From Candidatus Latescibacterota bacterium (GTDB lineage: Bacteria; Latescibacterota; UBA2968; UBA8231): a stretch of DNA of 64,000 nucleotides. The notes under the pieces were generated by a model, which searched no databases, had not been told where the DNA came from, and saw only the letters and a list, made by a program, of their open reading frames with translations. Shown here one piece after another: positions 19,955 through 28,387 of the stretch. The position numbers and the translations under genes were made by a program. Numbering within the stretch: the first letter of the stretch is position 1; each line of letters opens with the position of its first letter. The stretch spans positions 1,568,001 to 1,632,000 of the forward strand of contig OZ242318.1 of assembly GCA_965208105.1 (NCBI GenBank), in the 5' to 3' direction.

Positions 19955-21253
19955 TCACCCGGAACCCTGGCCTACCGCGAAGCGGATGGCGAAGAGCACC
20001 GCCACAACGACCACCGCCGGGTTGAGGTCGCGATGACGGCCTCCCAGGACCTTGACGAGGACGTAGGTGATGAATCCGAGCCCGATCCCGGTGGCGATGG
20101 AATAGGTGAAGGGCATGGCGATGGCGGTGACGATGGCCGGCACCCACTCGGTCAGGTCGTCCCATTCCACGTGGCGCATGGCGCGGGCCATGACGCAGCC
20201 CAGGAACAGGATCGCCGGGGCGGTGGCGTATGCCGGGATGGCGGTGGCCACCGGCGCGAACACCAGGGCCACCAGGAAAAGCCCGGCCACAACCAGGGCG
20301 GTGAGCCCGGTGCGGCCCCCCGACCGCACCCCCGCCGCGCTCTCGATGTAGGAGGTGGTGGTGGAGGTGCCCAGCAAGGCGCCAACCATGGTGGCGGAGC
20401 TGTCGGCCACCAGGGCCCGGCGCAGGCCCGGAACACGGCCGTCGGCGTCCGTCAGCCCGGCCTCGTTGAGGACGGCGACCAGGGTTCCGCTGGTGTCGAA
20501 GAGGTCCACCATCAGGAATGCGAACACGATGGCCAGCAGGCCCACCTCGAGCGCGGCGGCGATGTCAAGATGCAGCGCCGTCGGGGCCAGCGGGGGCGGA
20601 GGGGCCAGCACCGACTCAGGGGCCGGGGACAGGCCTCCGATCCAACCGGCCATTGCCACCGCCAGAATGCAGATCAGCACCGAGCCGGGCACTTTCCAGT
20701 GCTCGAGGGCAACGACTCCGGTGAAACCGAGGGCGGCCAGCACCACGGTCCACCGGGTCAGGTCTCCGAGGGTTACCAGGGTTGCTTCGCTGGCCACCAC
20801 GACCCCGGCGTTGCGCAGGCCGATGATCACCAGGAAGTAGCCGATCCCCGCGGCGATGGCCATCTTCTGCGAGCGCGGAATGCTGTTGACCACCCATTCC
20901 CGCACCGGCAGCACGGAGAGGACCAGCATCAGGAACCCGGAGCAGAAAACCGCGCCCAGGGCGACCTGCCAGGACATGCCCAGGGTGCCCACCGCCACCG
21001 CGGCGAAGTAGGCGTTCAGCCCCATTCCCGGGGCCAGTGCGATGGGATAGTTGGCGTAGAGCCCCATCACCGCGGAGCCGAAGGCGCCGGCCAGGCAGGT
21101 GGCCACCAGCACCGCGCCCGGGTCCATCCCCGCACCCTGCAGGATGAGCGGGTTCACGAAGATGATGTAGGAAAGGGTCAGGAAGGTGGTGCATCCGGCA
21201 AGCACCTCGGTCCGCACCGTCGAGTTGCGCTCTTTCAACCGGAAGTAGCTCAT
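19955..21253 (-). CDS. NCS2/AzgA-type nucleobase permease
   Basis: Motifs TEVLAG.TTF, APGMGLNAYF, DLFDTSGT and YIESAAGV..GGRTGL. Confidence 0.9.
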   Translation of the reverse strand: MSYFRLKERNSTVRTEVLAGCTTFLTLSYIIFVNPLILQGAGMDPGAVLVATCLAGAFGSAVMGLYANYPIALAPGMGLNAYFAAVAVGTLGMSWQVALGAVFCSGFLMLVLSVLPVREWVVNSIPRSQKMAIAAGIGYFLVIIGLRNAGVVVASEATLVTLGDLTRWTVVLAALGFTGVVALEHWKVPGSVLICILAVAMAGWIGGLSPAPESVLAPPPPLAPTALHLDIAAALEVGLLAIVFAFLMVDLFDTSGTLVAVLNEAGLTDADGRVPGLRRALVADSSATMVGALLGTSTTTSYIESAAGVRSGGRTGLTALVVAGLFLVALVFAPVATAIPAYATAPAILFLGCVMARAMRHVEWDDLTEWVPAIVTAIAMPFTYSIATGIGLGFITYVLVKVLGGRHRDLNPAVVVVAVLFAIRFAVGQGSG

Positions 21254-21368
21254 TTTGCCTGCGCTCCTCTCAGAGTGGGGAAATTTCAAGTCGTGGTCCG
21301 TCGTGGACCAGGCCCTGCGCACGGCACCAATCGATCAGAAGGGCCGGAGCCGCCAACGGGCCGGGCCG

Positions 21369-22175
21369 TCAGGGCTCTCGCACCCGCTCCACACCCAGCC
21401 CCTCCATCCGCGCCGCCATCTTCTCGCGCGCGGCACCTCCCTTCCTCATCATCTCCCTGCTGTAGACGAAGGGCTCCCTGTCGCCCAGGCCCGTCGCCAC
21501 CGTCATGCGCAGCTCTTGGATTGCCAGCAGGTCATTTCCGGGGTCCGGCATGTAGCCGATGAACATGGTCCGACGCGGGCGGCCGTCACCGCGCCGGAAG
21601 GCGGAGTGCCACAGCCGGTTGTCCCACAGCACCACGTCGCCGGGCCTGGTCCGCACGGAAACCGCCCCTGGAACGGCGCGGGGATCGAGATGCAGGCGGG
21701 GCCTTCCGCGGTCCCAGTAACCGCAGGAGCGGAACAGCGCCGCGGAGAACTCCCCGTGGTGGCTTCCGGGAATCAGGTTCAGCGACCCCTGGTCCTCGTC
21801 CTGCTCATCGAGGTATATGGCGGTCTTCAGGGTGACCGTCTGGCGCCCGGGATGTCCGTCGGTGTGCCAGGGGGTATCGTCGCGGTTCGCCCACATGTCG
21901 CTGCCGGCGATGTAGATGCACTCCGTTCCCCAGATGCGGCGCATGGCCTGCATCACCCCGGGATGCTCGATCAGGGCCGCGAAGGAAGGGTCGGCCTGGA
22001 CGAAGGGGCTGAGCATCCTGGTGCCGTTCTCTGCGAAATAGTTGTAGACCGGCGCGCCGGCGATGACGCGGTCGTACGCCCGCTCCAGGTTATCCAATTC
22101 GCCTTCGCTCAGGCAATTCCTCAGCACGATGAACCCGAATGCGCGGAACCGGCCAACATCCTGATCGGACAACAT
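21369..22175 (-). CDS. PhyH-like Fe/2OG dioxygenase
   Basis: Motifs FRAFGFIV, WHTD, IPGSH and RLWHS. Confidence 0.85.
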   Translation of the reverse strand: MLSDQDVGRFRAFGFIVLRNCLSEGELDNLERAYDRVIAGAPVYNYFAENGTRMLSPFVQADPSFAALIEHPGVMQAMRRIWGTECIYIAGSDMWANRDDTPWHTDGHPGRQTVTLKTAIYLDEQDEDQGSLNLIPGSHHGEFSAALFRSCGYWDRGRPRLHLDPRAVPGAVSVRTRPGDVVLWDNRLWHSAFRRGDGRPRRTMFIGYMPDPGNDLLAIQELRMTVATGLGDREPFVYSREMMRKGGAAREKMAARMEGLGVERVREP

Positions 22176-22320
22176 GGCTAATTTCCTCCTTCCCGACCCA
22201 GCAAGCAGTATTGGATCCCCGAGGCTTTTTCACCTCGCCGGGAAACCATACATCTCCAATGCAGCCCGATCCACCCCGATTCCCAATCAACCTCGCGATG
22301 AATTCCCCGCCGTTGCCCGA

Positions 22321-23136
22321 CTACAGGTCCAACAGGGAGGGCGGGTCCGCCTCGGGATAGTTGTCGAGATAGCTCTGGATGTACTGCCGCGTAATGGCGG
22401 GCATCTGCCCAAGATGCCCCGGCCGGGTCAATGAATCGCGCTGTCCGTACTCGTGGGTCATCACCGTCGCCTCCGCGTGCCAGAAGGTGCAGTGCATGGT
22501 CCAGCGCTTGCGCCCCTCCGGGTTCCAACCCCGGTGCCACAGGTTGGCGTTGTAGTAGACGATGTCGCCCGGTTCCAGTTCGACGACGAGGGCGTTGGGC
22601 ATCTTCCCCGATTCGCTGCGGGACGCTTCGATCTCCGCCGCGGTCGAAGCCCGCCGGTGACTCCCGGGGACGATGTGAAGAAAGCGGTCCCCGGGAACGA
22701 GCGGTGCGTTGAACTGCGCGAAGCTGCCCTCGTGCCGGAGCAGGTAGGCGGTTTCGTCGGGATCTCCCGGTCTGCCGAGGTCGCGGTGCCATTTCTGGAT
22801 GTACGGGTCCCCGCCGCCCGAGGCGAGCATGCCGAACAGGCTGTGGCGCACGCCCCGGCCGCGGATCAGGGCCGCGAGATGGGGGGCGAGGTCCTCGTCG
22901 ATCCAGTCGGCGAAGGCGGGGTGGTACTTGTCGGGGTTGAGCAGGTGGCTGGTGCGGGACGGCAGACGGCGCGCGCGGTCGATCCATCCCAGCTCGCACT
23001 CTCCCGCAAGCCCCTTGTCGATCATGCCTTCGACCGCTTCGAGAAGCCCCTCCATGCGGGTTTTGGCAAAGGCCTGGCGCAGAACGAGAAACCCCTGTTT
23101 GGCGTAGGTCTCCTTGTCTTTTCCCGAGATCACCAT
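22321..23136 (-). CDS. PhyH-like Fe/2OG dioxygenase
   Basis: Motifs YAKQGFLV, WHRD, VPGSH and LWHRG. Start could extend to 23193. Confidence 0.85.
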   Translation of the reverse strand: MVISGKDKETYAKQGFLVLRQAFAKTRMEGLLEAVEGMIDKGLAGECELGWIDRARRLPSRTSHLLNPDKYHPAFADWIDEDLAPHLAALIRGRGVRHSLFGMLASGGGDPYIQKWHRDLGRPGDPDETAYLLRHEGSFAQFNAPLVPGDRFLHIVPGSHRRASTAAEIEASRSESGKMPNALVVELEPGDIVYYNANLWHRGWNPEGRKRWTMHCTFWHAEATVMTHEYGQRDSLTRPGHLGQMPAITRQYIQSYLDNYPEADPPSLLDL

Positions 23137-23212
23137 CGGAGAAATTGCATCGGGAAACACGGTTATGCCTGGGCCCGATGAGCGCGCGGTCATTCAATCG
23201 AACAGCGGATCA

Positions 23213-23902
23213 TCACCCGGCAGATTCTTCCTCGACAAGGGCGGCGAATCGCTTTTCCACGCGGCCTGTCACCAGCATGACGCCGATGGCGGCGAGCCAC
23301 AACACGAAGGCGGGGCCGGTGATGTAGTGCGCCTCCCTCGCGGCATCGATCCAGATGAGCTGCATGGCTGCGCCGAGGATCGCCGAAACCGGCGCGACCG
23401 GCCGCATGAAGCCACCCGCCCGCCATTGCCGGAGCCCAGCTGCAATAAGCGCCAGGCCAGCCAGGCTGAATCCGACCCTGCCGGTGATCCAGAAGAGGGT
23501 CAGAAGCAGGGTCGTGGTCGGCGCCACCGGGGAAAGGCCATCCACGGTGGAAGGTTCCGGTGCGGCAATCGAGAGAGCTACCCCAATTGCGCCGGACAGG
23601 GCGGTGGCCACTCCGGAGACCCCCAGCAGCACGGGAACCGGCCGCGATCCCAGGCGCCGGCGCATGATCCAGGTGCGCAACAGAAAACATGCTCCCGCGA
23701 ACAGGGTGAGGCCGGAAACGAACCGCGCGGCACCGCCGATCCCGAAGAGCGTCCGGTTGGCCCCGATGGCGGCCAGCGACTGGGCCAGCGCAGTCAGGTC
23801 CGTGGCGCCAACCCGGCCGATGACGGCCACCACGGTGAGGGTTGCGGTAACCAGGAGCAGCCAACCCGCGGTTCGGGCGGCCGGATCGCGTGATGGAATC
23901 AT
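23213..23902 (-). CDS. Hypothetical multi-pass membrane protein
   Basis: About six hydrophobic segments; RBS AAGGG lies before MIPSRD. Confidence 0.6.
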   Translation of the reverse strand: MIPSRDPAARTAGWLLLVTATLTVVAVIGRVGATDLTALAQSLAAIGANRTLFGIGGAARFVSGLTLFAGACFLLRTWIMRRRLGSRPVPVLLGVSGVATALSGAIGVALSIAAPEPSTVDGLSPVAPTTTLLLTLFWITGRVGFSLAGLALIAAGLRQWRAGGFMRPVAPVSAILGAAMQLIWIDAAREAHYITGPAFVLWLAAIGVMLVTGRVEKRFAALVEEESAG

Positions 23903-24035
23903 GATACCCTTCCGTTCATGCGCCTGACGTGAATTCAGCGGTGAACCGCCTCTTCGAGCGCCGATGCCGCTGCGCAATGCCTGCAAAAATAAGGCTCTAT
24001 CTCTACCCCTCTGTCAAGGACTGAACCCACCCAGG

Positions 24036-24116
24036 GGAGATCAGGTTGAGGCGGTCCCCGCCCAGTTGCACCAGGCGCTGGAAGGGGTAGAAATTGCTGT
24101 GGGTGAACTTGACGCC
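24036..24116 (-). repeat. 81-bp orphan copy of an internal piece of the DHDPS-family gene (32715-32795)
   Basis: 78 of 81 positions identical by manual alignment. Confidence 0.85.
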
Positions 24117-24120
24117 CCAG

Positions 24121-25053
24121 CTAGAAGCGCTCGCGGGTTGCCCACGCCTTGATGAGGTGATGGGCGATGGCGATGGGCCCCGGCAGGGTCAGCCGTTGGC
24201 TCCTGCCCTCCAGGGCCTGCAGCACCTCCCTGCGCTCGAACCAGTGGACGTCGGACATCTCCTCTTCATCCATGCGGATCGTCGTCGTCTCCGCCTCGGC
24301 GAGACAGCCTATCATCAGGGAGCTGGGAAAGGGCCACGGCTGGGAGGAGTGGTATCTGACGTTCTTCACGCGCACACCGGCTTCCTCCATCACCTCGCGC
24401 GCAACCGCCTCCTCGATGGATTCGCCCTGGTCCACGAAGCCCGCCAGGGCGGAGTACATGCCCATGCGCGACAGGCGGCCGCGCGACTGGCCCAGCAGGC
24501 AGCGGTCCGCGGCCGAGTCGCCTACCACGGTGATGACCACGGGGTCGGTGCGCGGAAAGTGCTGGGCCTGGCAGGCGGGGCATTCGCGCACCTGGCCGCC
24601 GCGCCTGCTCTCGGTGGGATTGCCGCACACGGCGCAGAAGCCGTGCCGGTTGTGCCAGTCCAGGTGGGCCCGGGCGTGGGCCAGGATACCGGCTTCCCGG
24701 CCTTCCAGCAGGCTCCCGGCGGCGCGGCAGTCCTCGAAGCGCCAGGGCGGGTCCTGCCCCTGGGCCCAGGACGTCACCTCCGGGCAAGCGGTCAGGTCCA
24801 TCGCGAAATGCGCCGCTCCATCCGACAAACCCAATAGCAGGGGCATGGCATCGGGCTCCAGCGAGCGCAGCCGGTCCGCGGTGAGCCAACCCAGCCGCGG
24901 CTGCGGGTCACCGGTCAACAGGACCTCGAGATTGCGAAAGGGAATGAACCTGCTGGAGGAGGCGCGCGCCGCGGATTCGATCCAGGCTTCATCCCGCCGT
25001 TCCTGCTCACCGCGGTCGAGGGGATTGCCAGCGAAGGTATGTAGGTGTCTCAC
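24121..25053 (-). CDS. nudC: NAD(+) diphosphatase NudC
   Basis: Zinc ribbon CAVC..CPAC, FPRTDP, Nudix box AGFVDQGESIEEAVAREVMEE, and SQPWPFPSSLM. Confidence 0.9.
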   Translation of the reverse strand: MRHLHTFAGNPLDRGEQERRDEAWIESAARASSSRFIPFRNLEVLLTGDPQPRLGWLTADRLRSLEPDAMPLLLGLSDGAAHFAMDLTACPEVTSWAQGQDPPWRFEDCRAAGSLLEGREAGILAHARAHLDWHNRHGFCAVCGNPTESRRGGQVRECPACQAQHFPRTDPVVITVVGDSAADRCLLGQSRGRLSRMGMYSALAGFVDQGESIEEAVAREVMEEAGVRVKNVRYHSSQPWPFPSSLMIGCLAEAETTTIRMDEEEMSDVHWFERREVLQALEGRSQRLTLPGPIAIAHHLIKAWATRERF

Positions 25054-25115
25054 CAGGTGGAATCCATCCTTGTTTTCCTTGAAGAGCGATCATCAAAGAC
25101 CAGTCCGGTCCAGCT

Positions 25116-25344
25116 CCGGACCAAGTGTCCCGTCGCAGAAATATGTCGCCATTATTCCGCCGATCCATCCCGGCTCACGGCGTTGCCTTCACTCGCCGTA
25201 CACCACTGGTACGACTCGCTCAGGCGCCTGGTGAGCCGGGCGCCTCGGCGGCCCAATTTCGTCACCCTATCTCTGCGACGGGACACTAACAGGCAACTTA
25301 CAAAATTCCCACCTTGAGGCAATGGAATCGACAATTGCCTGCCG
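25116..25344. repeat. 229-bp direct repeat, copy A (MITE plus flanks)
   Basis: Nearly identical to 26347-26575 (offset 1231). Confidence 0.9.
25125..25286. mobile_element. 162-bp MITE, copy 2
   Basis: Same terminal repeats and body as copy 1, in opposite orientation. Confidence 0.85.
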
Positions 25345-25570
25345 GGTGGCGGCCTTCGGGTGGCATCTGCTTCCTGCTCTTTCCATCCCCGGCTTCCCGT
25401 GCTTGTTTCAGAGGTCCAGAGGCATAGCGCAGATGGACTTCATCAAGGTACTTCGCTTGTGGTCGAGGGGCGGCCCAAGCAACGATAAGAACAGGAAAAT
25501 TGGAAGGGTAGGGCATAGTTGGATCGGGGAACACCTGAGTAAACAAGCCGTAGAAGAGCAAAATCTTCTA

Positions 25571-25599
25571 TTGACACAACTACGGGATTCCCGTATGTT
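25571..25599 (+). promoter_or_regulatory. Sigma70 promoter with an overlapping palindromic operator for the TA operon
   Basis: TTGACA-17-TATGTT with palindrome TACGGGA-T-TCCCGTA (25581-25595). ATG follows 6 nt after the -10, suggesting a leaderless transcript. Confidence 0.75.
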
Positions 25600-25605
25600 C
25601 ACCTG

Positions 25606-25875
25606 ATGGAATTCGAATGGGATGAGAACAAAGCGGCGATGAATCTGGCCAAACATGGAATTCCGTTTGAATATGCCGCGCGAGTTTTTCTCGATCCCTA
25701 CCGTTTAGAAGAAGAGGACCTGATAGAGTACGAGGAGGAAGTGCGCCATCGCGTCATTGGAATGGTCGATGATCGCGTATTGCTTGTAGTCTATGCAGAA
25801 GGTTTTTCACAAACTCGAATCATCTCTGCCCGGAGGGCAACGCGTCATGAGCGAAGAAAATACCACGAAATTTAG
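25606..25875 (+). CDS. BrnT-family toxin
   Basis: MEFEWDENKAAMNLAKHGIPF...RIISARRAT..ER..Y. Confidence 0.9.
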   Translation: MEFEWDENKAAMNLAKHGIPFEYAARVFLDPYRLEEEDLIEYEEEVRHRVIGMVDDRVLLVVYAEGFSQTRIISARRATRHERRKYHEI

Positions 25876-26215
25876 GCTGGACGAAAAGAACCTGCCGCGT
25901 TTGAGCAAGTCCCAAGCGCAACGTCTCGATTCCATGAGTGACGAGGAGATCGAGAAGGCCGCGTTGTCCGATCCCGACAATCCCCCTTTGACTGATGAGG
26001 GACTCGGAGCATTCGAGCGCGTTCCTGACGCCAAGGCGATCCGCAAAGCTCTGCATTTAACTCAGCGCGAATTCGCCATCACATTTCAGCTCTCTTTGGC
26101 GACGGTACGGGACTGGGAACAGGGGCGCTACCAGCCGGATCAGGCGGCCCGTACGCTTCTGCGCGTGATCGCCCGCGACGCCAAAGCGGTCAAGCGCGCC
26201 CTGGAGAGGTCTTAA
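25847..26215 (+). CDS. Antitoxin with an Xre/HigA-type HTH
   Basis: Motifs SDPDNPPLT and IRKALHLTQREFA...TVRDWEQGR..PD..AR.LL. Overlaps the toxin gene. Confidence 0.85.
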   Translation: MSEENTTKFRLDEKNLPRLSKSQAQRLDSMSDEEIEKAALSDPDNPPLTDEGLGAFERVPDAKAIRKALHLTQREFAITFQLSLATVRDWEQGRYQPDQAARTLLRVIARDAKAVKRALERS

Positions 26216-26353
26216 GCCGGTCACGATAACCCACCGACCAGACTCTGGACCTACGCTTCGAGATCGCGGGTCAGCTGTTCCACCGTTTCTCTCTTCAGAT
26301 TCCTGTAGGTAACACAGTCTTCCCGGAGATCTTTCGGTTCACCGACCCGGACC
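26192..26353. repeat. 162-bp block (antitoxin tail plus acyltransferase 3' end), duplicated at 29774-29935
   Basis: About 13 mismatches in 162 nt by manual alignment. Confidence 0.9.
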
Positions 26354-26575
26354 AAGTGTCCCGTCGCAGAAATATGTCGCCATTATTCCGCCGATCCATC
26401 CCGGCTCACGGCGTTGCCTTCACTCGCCGTACACCACTGGTACGACTCGCTCAGGCGCCTGGTGAGCCGGGCGCCTCGGCGGCCCAATTTCGTCACCCTA
26501 TCTCTGCGACGGGACACTAACAGGCAACTTACAAAATTCCCACCTTGAAGCCATGGAATCGACAATTGCCTGCCG
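26347..26575. repeat. 229-bp direct repeat, copy B
   Basis: Nearly identical to 25116-25344. Confidence 0.9.
26356..26517. mobile_element. 162-bp MITE, copy 3
   Basis: Identical to copy 2 as read. Confidence 0.85.
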
Positions 26576-26637
26576 CATGAAGACGGCGCGCAATCGTCCC
26601 ACCGGTAAGCGTCTCCAACTGAGATGTATTGAGAGTG

Positions 26638-26863
26638 CTACGCTTGAAGAAATTCTTCTGCGGTCACCCCGGCTAGCTTCAGAATCGCTACCAGGGTTCC
26701 TTCCGGCAAATCCCCGGGGTGATTTGGGATGGTCGTTCGATGGGAGGGCAGCAGGGTTCCACCAGATCTCGTGGCTGCCTCGCGCTTGCCGGTCAAACGC
26801 GAATCCCAACCGCCGTTATTTGTTCGTCACCTGTCGATAGGCAAAACCTGCCAGTCGCCCCAT
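26638..26863 (-). pseudogene. hicA: HicA toxin pseudogene
   Basis: MGRLAGFAYRQVTNK*RRLGFAFDRQARGSHEIWWNP, then a frameshift to TTIPNHPGDLPEGTLVAILKLAGVTAEEFLQA*. Internal TAA at 26816-26818. Confidence 0.8.
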
Positions 26864-27108
26864 CAGCCCCCTACAGGAACGTCCAGTTCGACCAACTCCC
26901 GGCTCATGGTATGTAATCCGTCTGGCAGAGCGTCCCCTCTTTCCCGGTAGGATTCAATCAGCTTTCTTGCCACATCTTGAGCGATTTCAACTGTTTCAGC
27001 TACCGTTCTCCCTTGTGCTACCAGACCGGGAAAGTCCTCTGCAGTTGCCAGGTGCTGTCCGTTTTCTCCCCGCCTGATATAAAGATGCAGTCTATATTCT
27101 TCTGACAT
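26863..27108 (-). CDS. hicB: HicB-family antitoxin (short form)
   Basis: Motif FPGLVAQGRTVAETVEIAQDVARKLIES..ERGD.LP. TGATG coupling to hicA. Confidence 0.85.
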   Translation of the reverse strand: MSEEYRLHLYIRRGENGQHLATAEDFPGLVAQGRTVAETVEIAQDVARKLIESYRERGDALPDGLHTMSRELVELDVPVGG

Positions 27109-27180
27109 CCTTGGCTCCTTGGATTACTTCCGCCTGAAGACGACGCCGACCTCCACCCACCAAACCGGGTAAACTCCAGG

Positions 27181-28233
27181 TCAAGGTCCCCTCATCTTCT
27201 TCTTCACCTCTCCCCAGCTAGCTCGCTGAACCGGCGTCGCTACATCTGCTCCATAGGATTTGATTTCCGCGTCCAGGAATTTCAGGATTCTTTCCTGCCC
27301 TGGCCGTTTATACCAAACGGCTATCTTGTCGCCCCTGGGACTCCATTTTGGAATCGAATAATAAGGCTCGATGCTTTTCCGATAAATATCTACGGGCCCA
27401 GTCACGGCAGCATCGACTGCGCGGGTGTCCAGGATAAACAAAATCCCAAAACAGGTAAATACCATGAGTTTGCCATTGGGAGCCCAGGACGGATTACCGC
27501 AGGGATAATAATCGCTTAATTTGGTGAGGTTTCCTGAGTCCACGCCGATCATATAGATGCCCGCTTCCGGCTGAGACACCCATATACCTTCATCCAATGT
27601 TGCAGTGGAAAAGACCATGCGGCCATAATAATAATCGCCTATGGCTCTAAGAGATCGAGCGCCTCCCTCCGGATTCAGCACATGATAATATGTCTGGTAG
27701 GTATTCATCAGGCCACGGAAATAGCTGTATACAATCCCTTCCCTCACCCACATATCAATGCCAGCTTCTTCGTTCCATACCCTAGATATTTCCTGTAAAT
27801 CCGATCCATCGCGGTTCATGGTGTAGATGATCGTTTCTACCCAGGCATCGGAATCAGGAGGATCGTATTGCCTGTAAGTAAAGGCCAGGCGTTCGCCGTC
27901 TGGAGACCAATGAGCACAAGGACCATATCTTCCTTCATCTCTATTCTTTCCATGAGTAAAAATCGAACGCCCACCCGATCCATCGGCGTCGAGAATGAAG
28001 ATCTCATTGGTCTCTTGGAAGTTTTCTTTCAGGGAGATCGCATCTCCCTGTGGCGACCATTTCGCGCATCCTGAATAATCCAATACTCGATCTGGCCGAT
28101 CTTCATCGACATAGCGAATCGTTATGAGTCCATCTTCATAGTCATGGATTAGTACCGCATCTCCTGCCGGAGACCAGGAAACAGCCAAAGCCTGGGAGGA
28201 AATTGCAATAATAAGAACAAGAATGAATAGCAT
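27181..28233 (-). CDS. Secreted TolB/PD40-type beta-propeller protein (lower GC)
   Basis: Signal peptide MLFILVLIIAISSQALA, repeated WSP(D/Q/R)G motifs, and tail TPVQRASWGEVKKK. Confidence 0.75.
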   Translation of the reverse strand: MLFILVLIIAISSQALAVSWSPAGDAVLIHDYEDGLITIRYVDEDRPDRVLDYSGCAKWSPQGDAISLKENFQETNEIFILDADGSGGRSIFTHGKNRDEGRYGPCAHWSPDGERLAFTYRQYDPPDSDAWVETIIYTMNRDGSDLQEISRVWNEEAGIDMWVREGIVYSYFRGLMNTYQTYYHVLNPEGGARSLRAIGDYYYGRMVFSTATLDEGIWVSQPEAGIYMIGVDSGNLTKLSDYYPCGNPSWAPNGKLMVFTCFGILFILDTRAVDAAVTGPVDIYRKSIEPYYSIPKWSPRGDKIAVWYKRPGQERILKFLDAEIKSYGADVATPVQRASWGEVKKKMRGP

Positions 28234-28340
28234 GATTTCCCTATATTTCTGATTATCCAGATCAGAATTCACCTTCTTTTTAATTTCCCCCCAGCTCTCG
28301 CCAGGGCATCCCTTACGGCGAACAGAAACGAATACTATCA

Positions 28341-28387
28341 TTGACACGACTACGGGAATCCCGGGTGTCCGCCTTATGAAATTCGAA
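28341..28387 (+). promoter_or_regulatory. Degenerate copy of the TA promoter/operator and first codons
   Basis: 28340-28387 matches 25570-25617 at 40 of 48 positions, with the same TTGACA-to-ATG distance. Confidence 0.75.

Noticed and set aside
24036-24116. DGR template/variable repeat pair
   Set aside because: The three mismatches are not adenine-specific on one strand, and no reverse transcriptase is present.
25152-25334. Duplicated 60-aa ORF (also at 26383-26565)
   Set aside because: It is only a reading frame through the MITE block.
25116-26575. CRISPR array or integron attC interpretation of the repeats
   Set aside because: The repeats are 162-229 bp with IS630-type ends, there is no regular spacer pattern, and no cas or intI gene is in the window.
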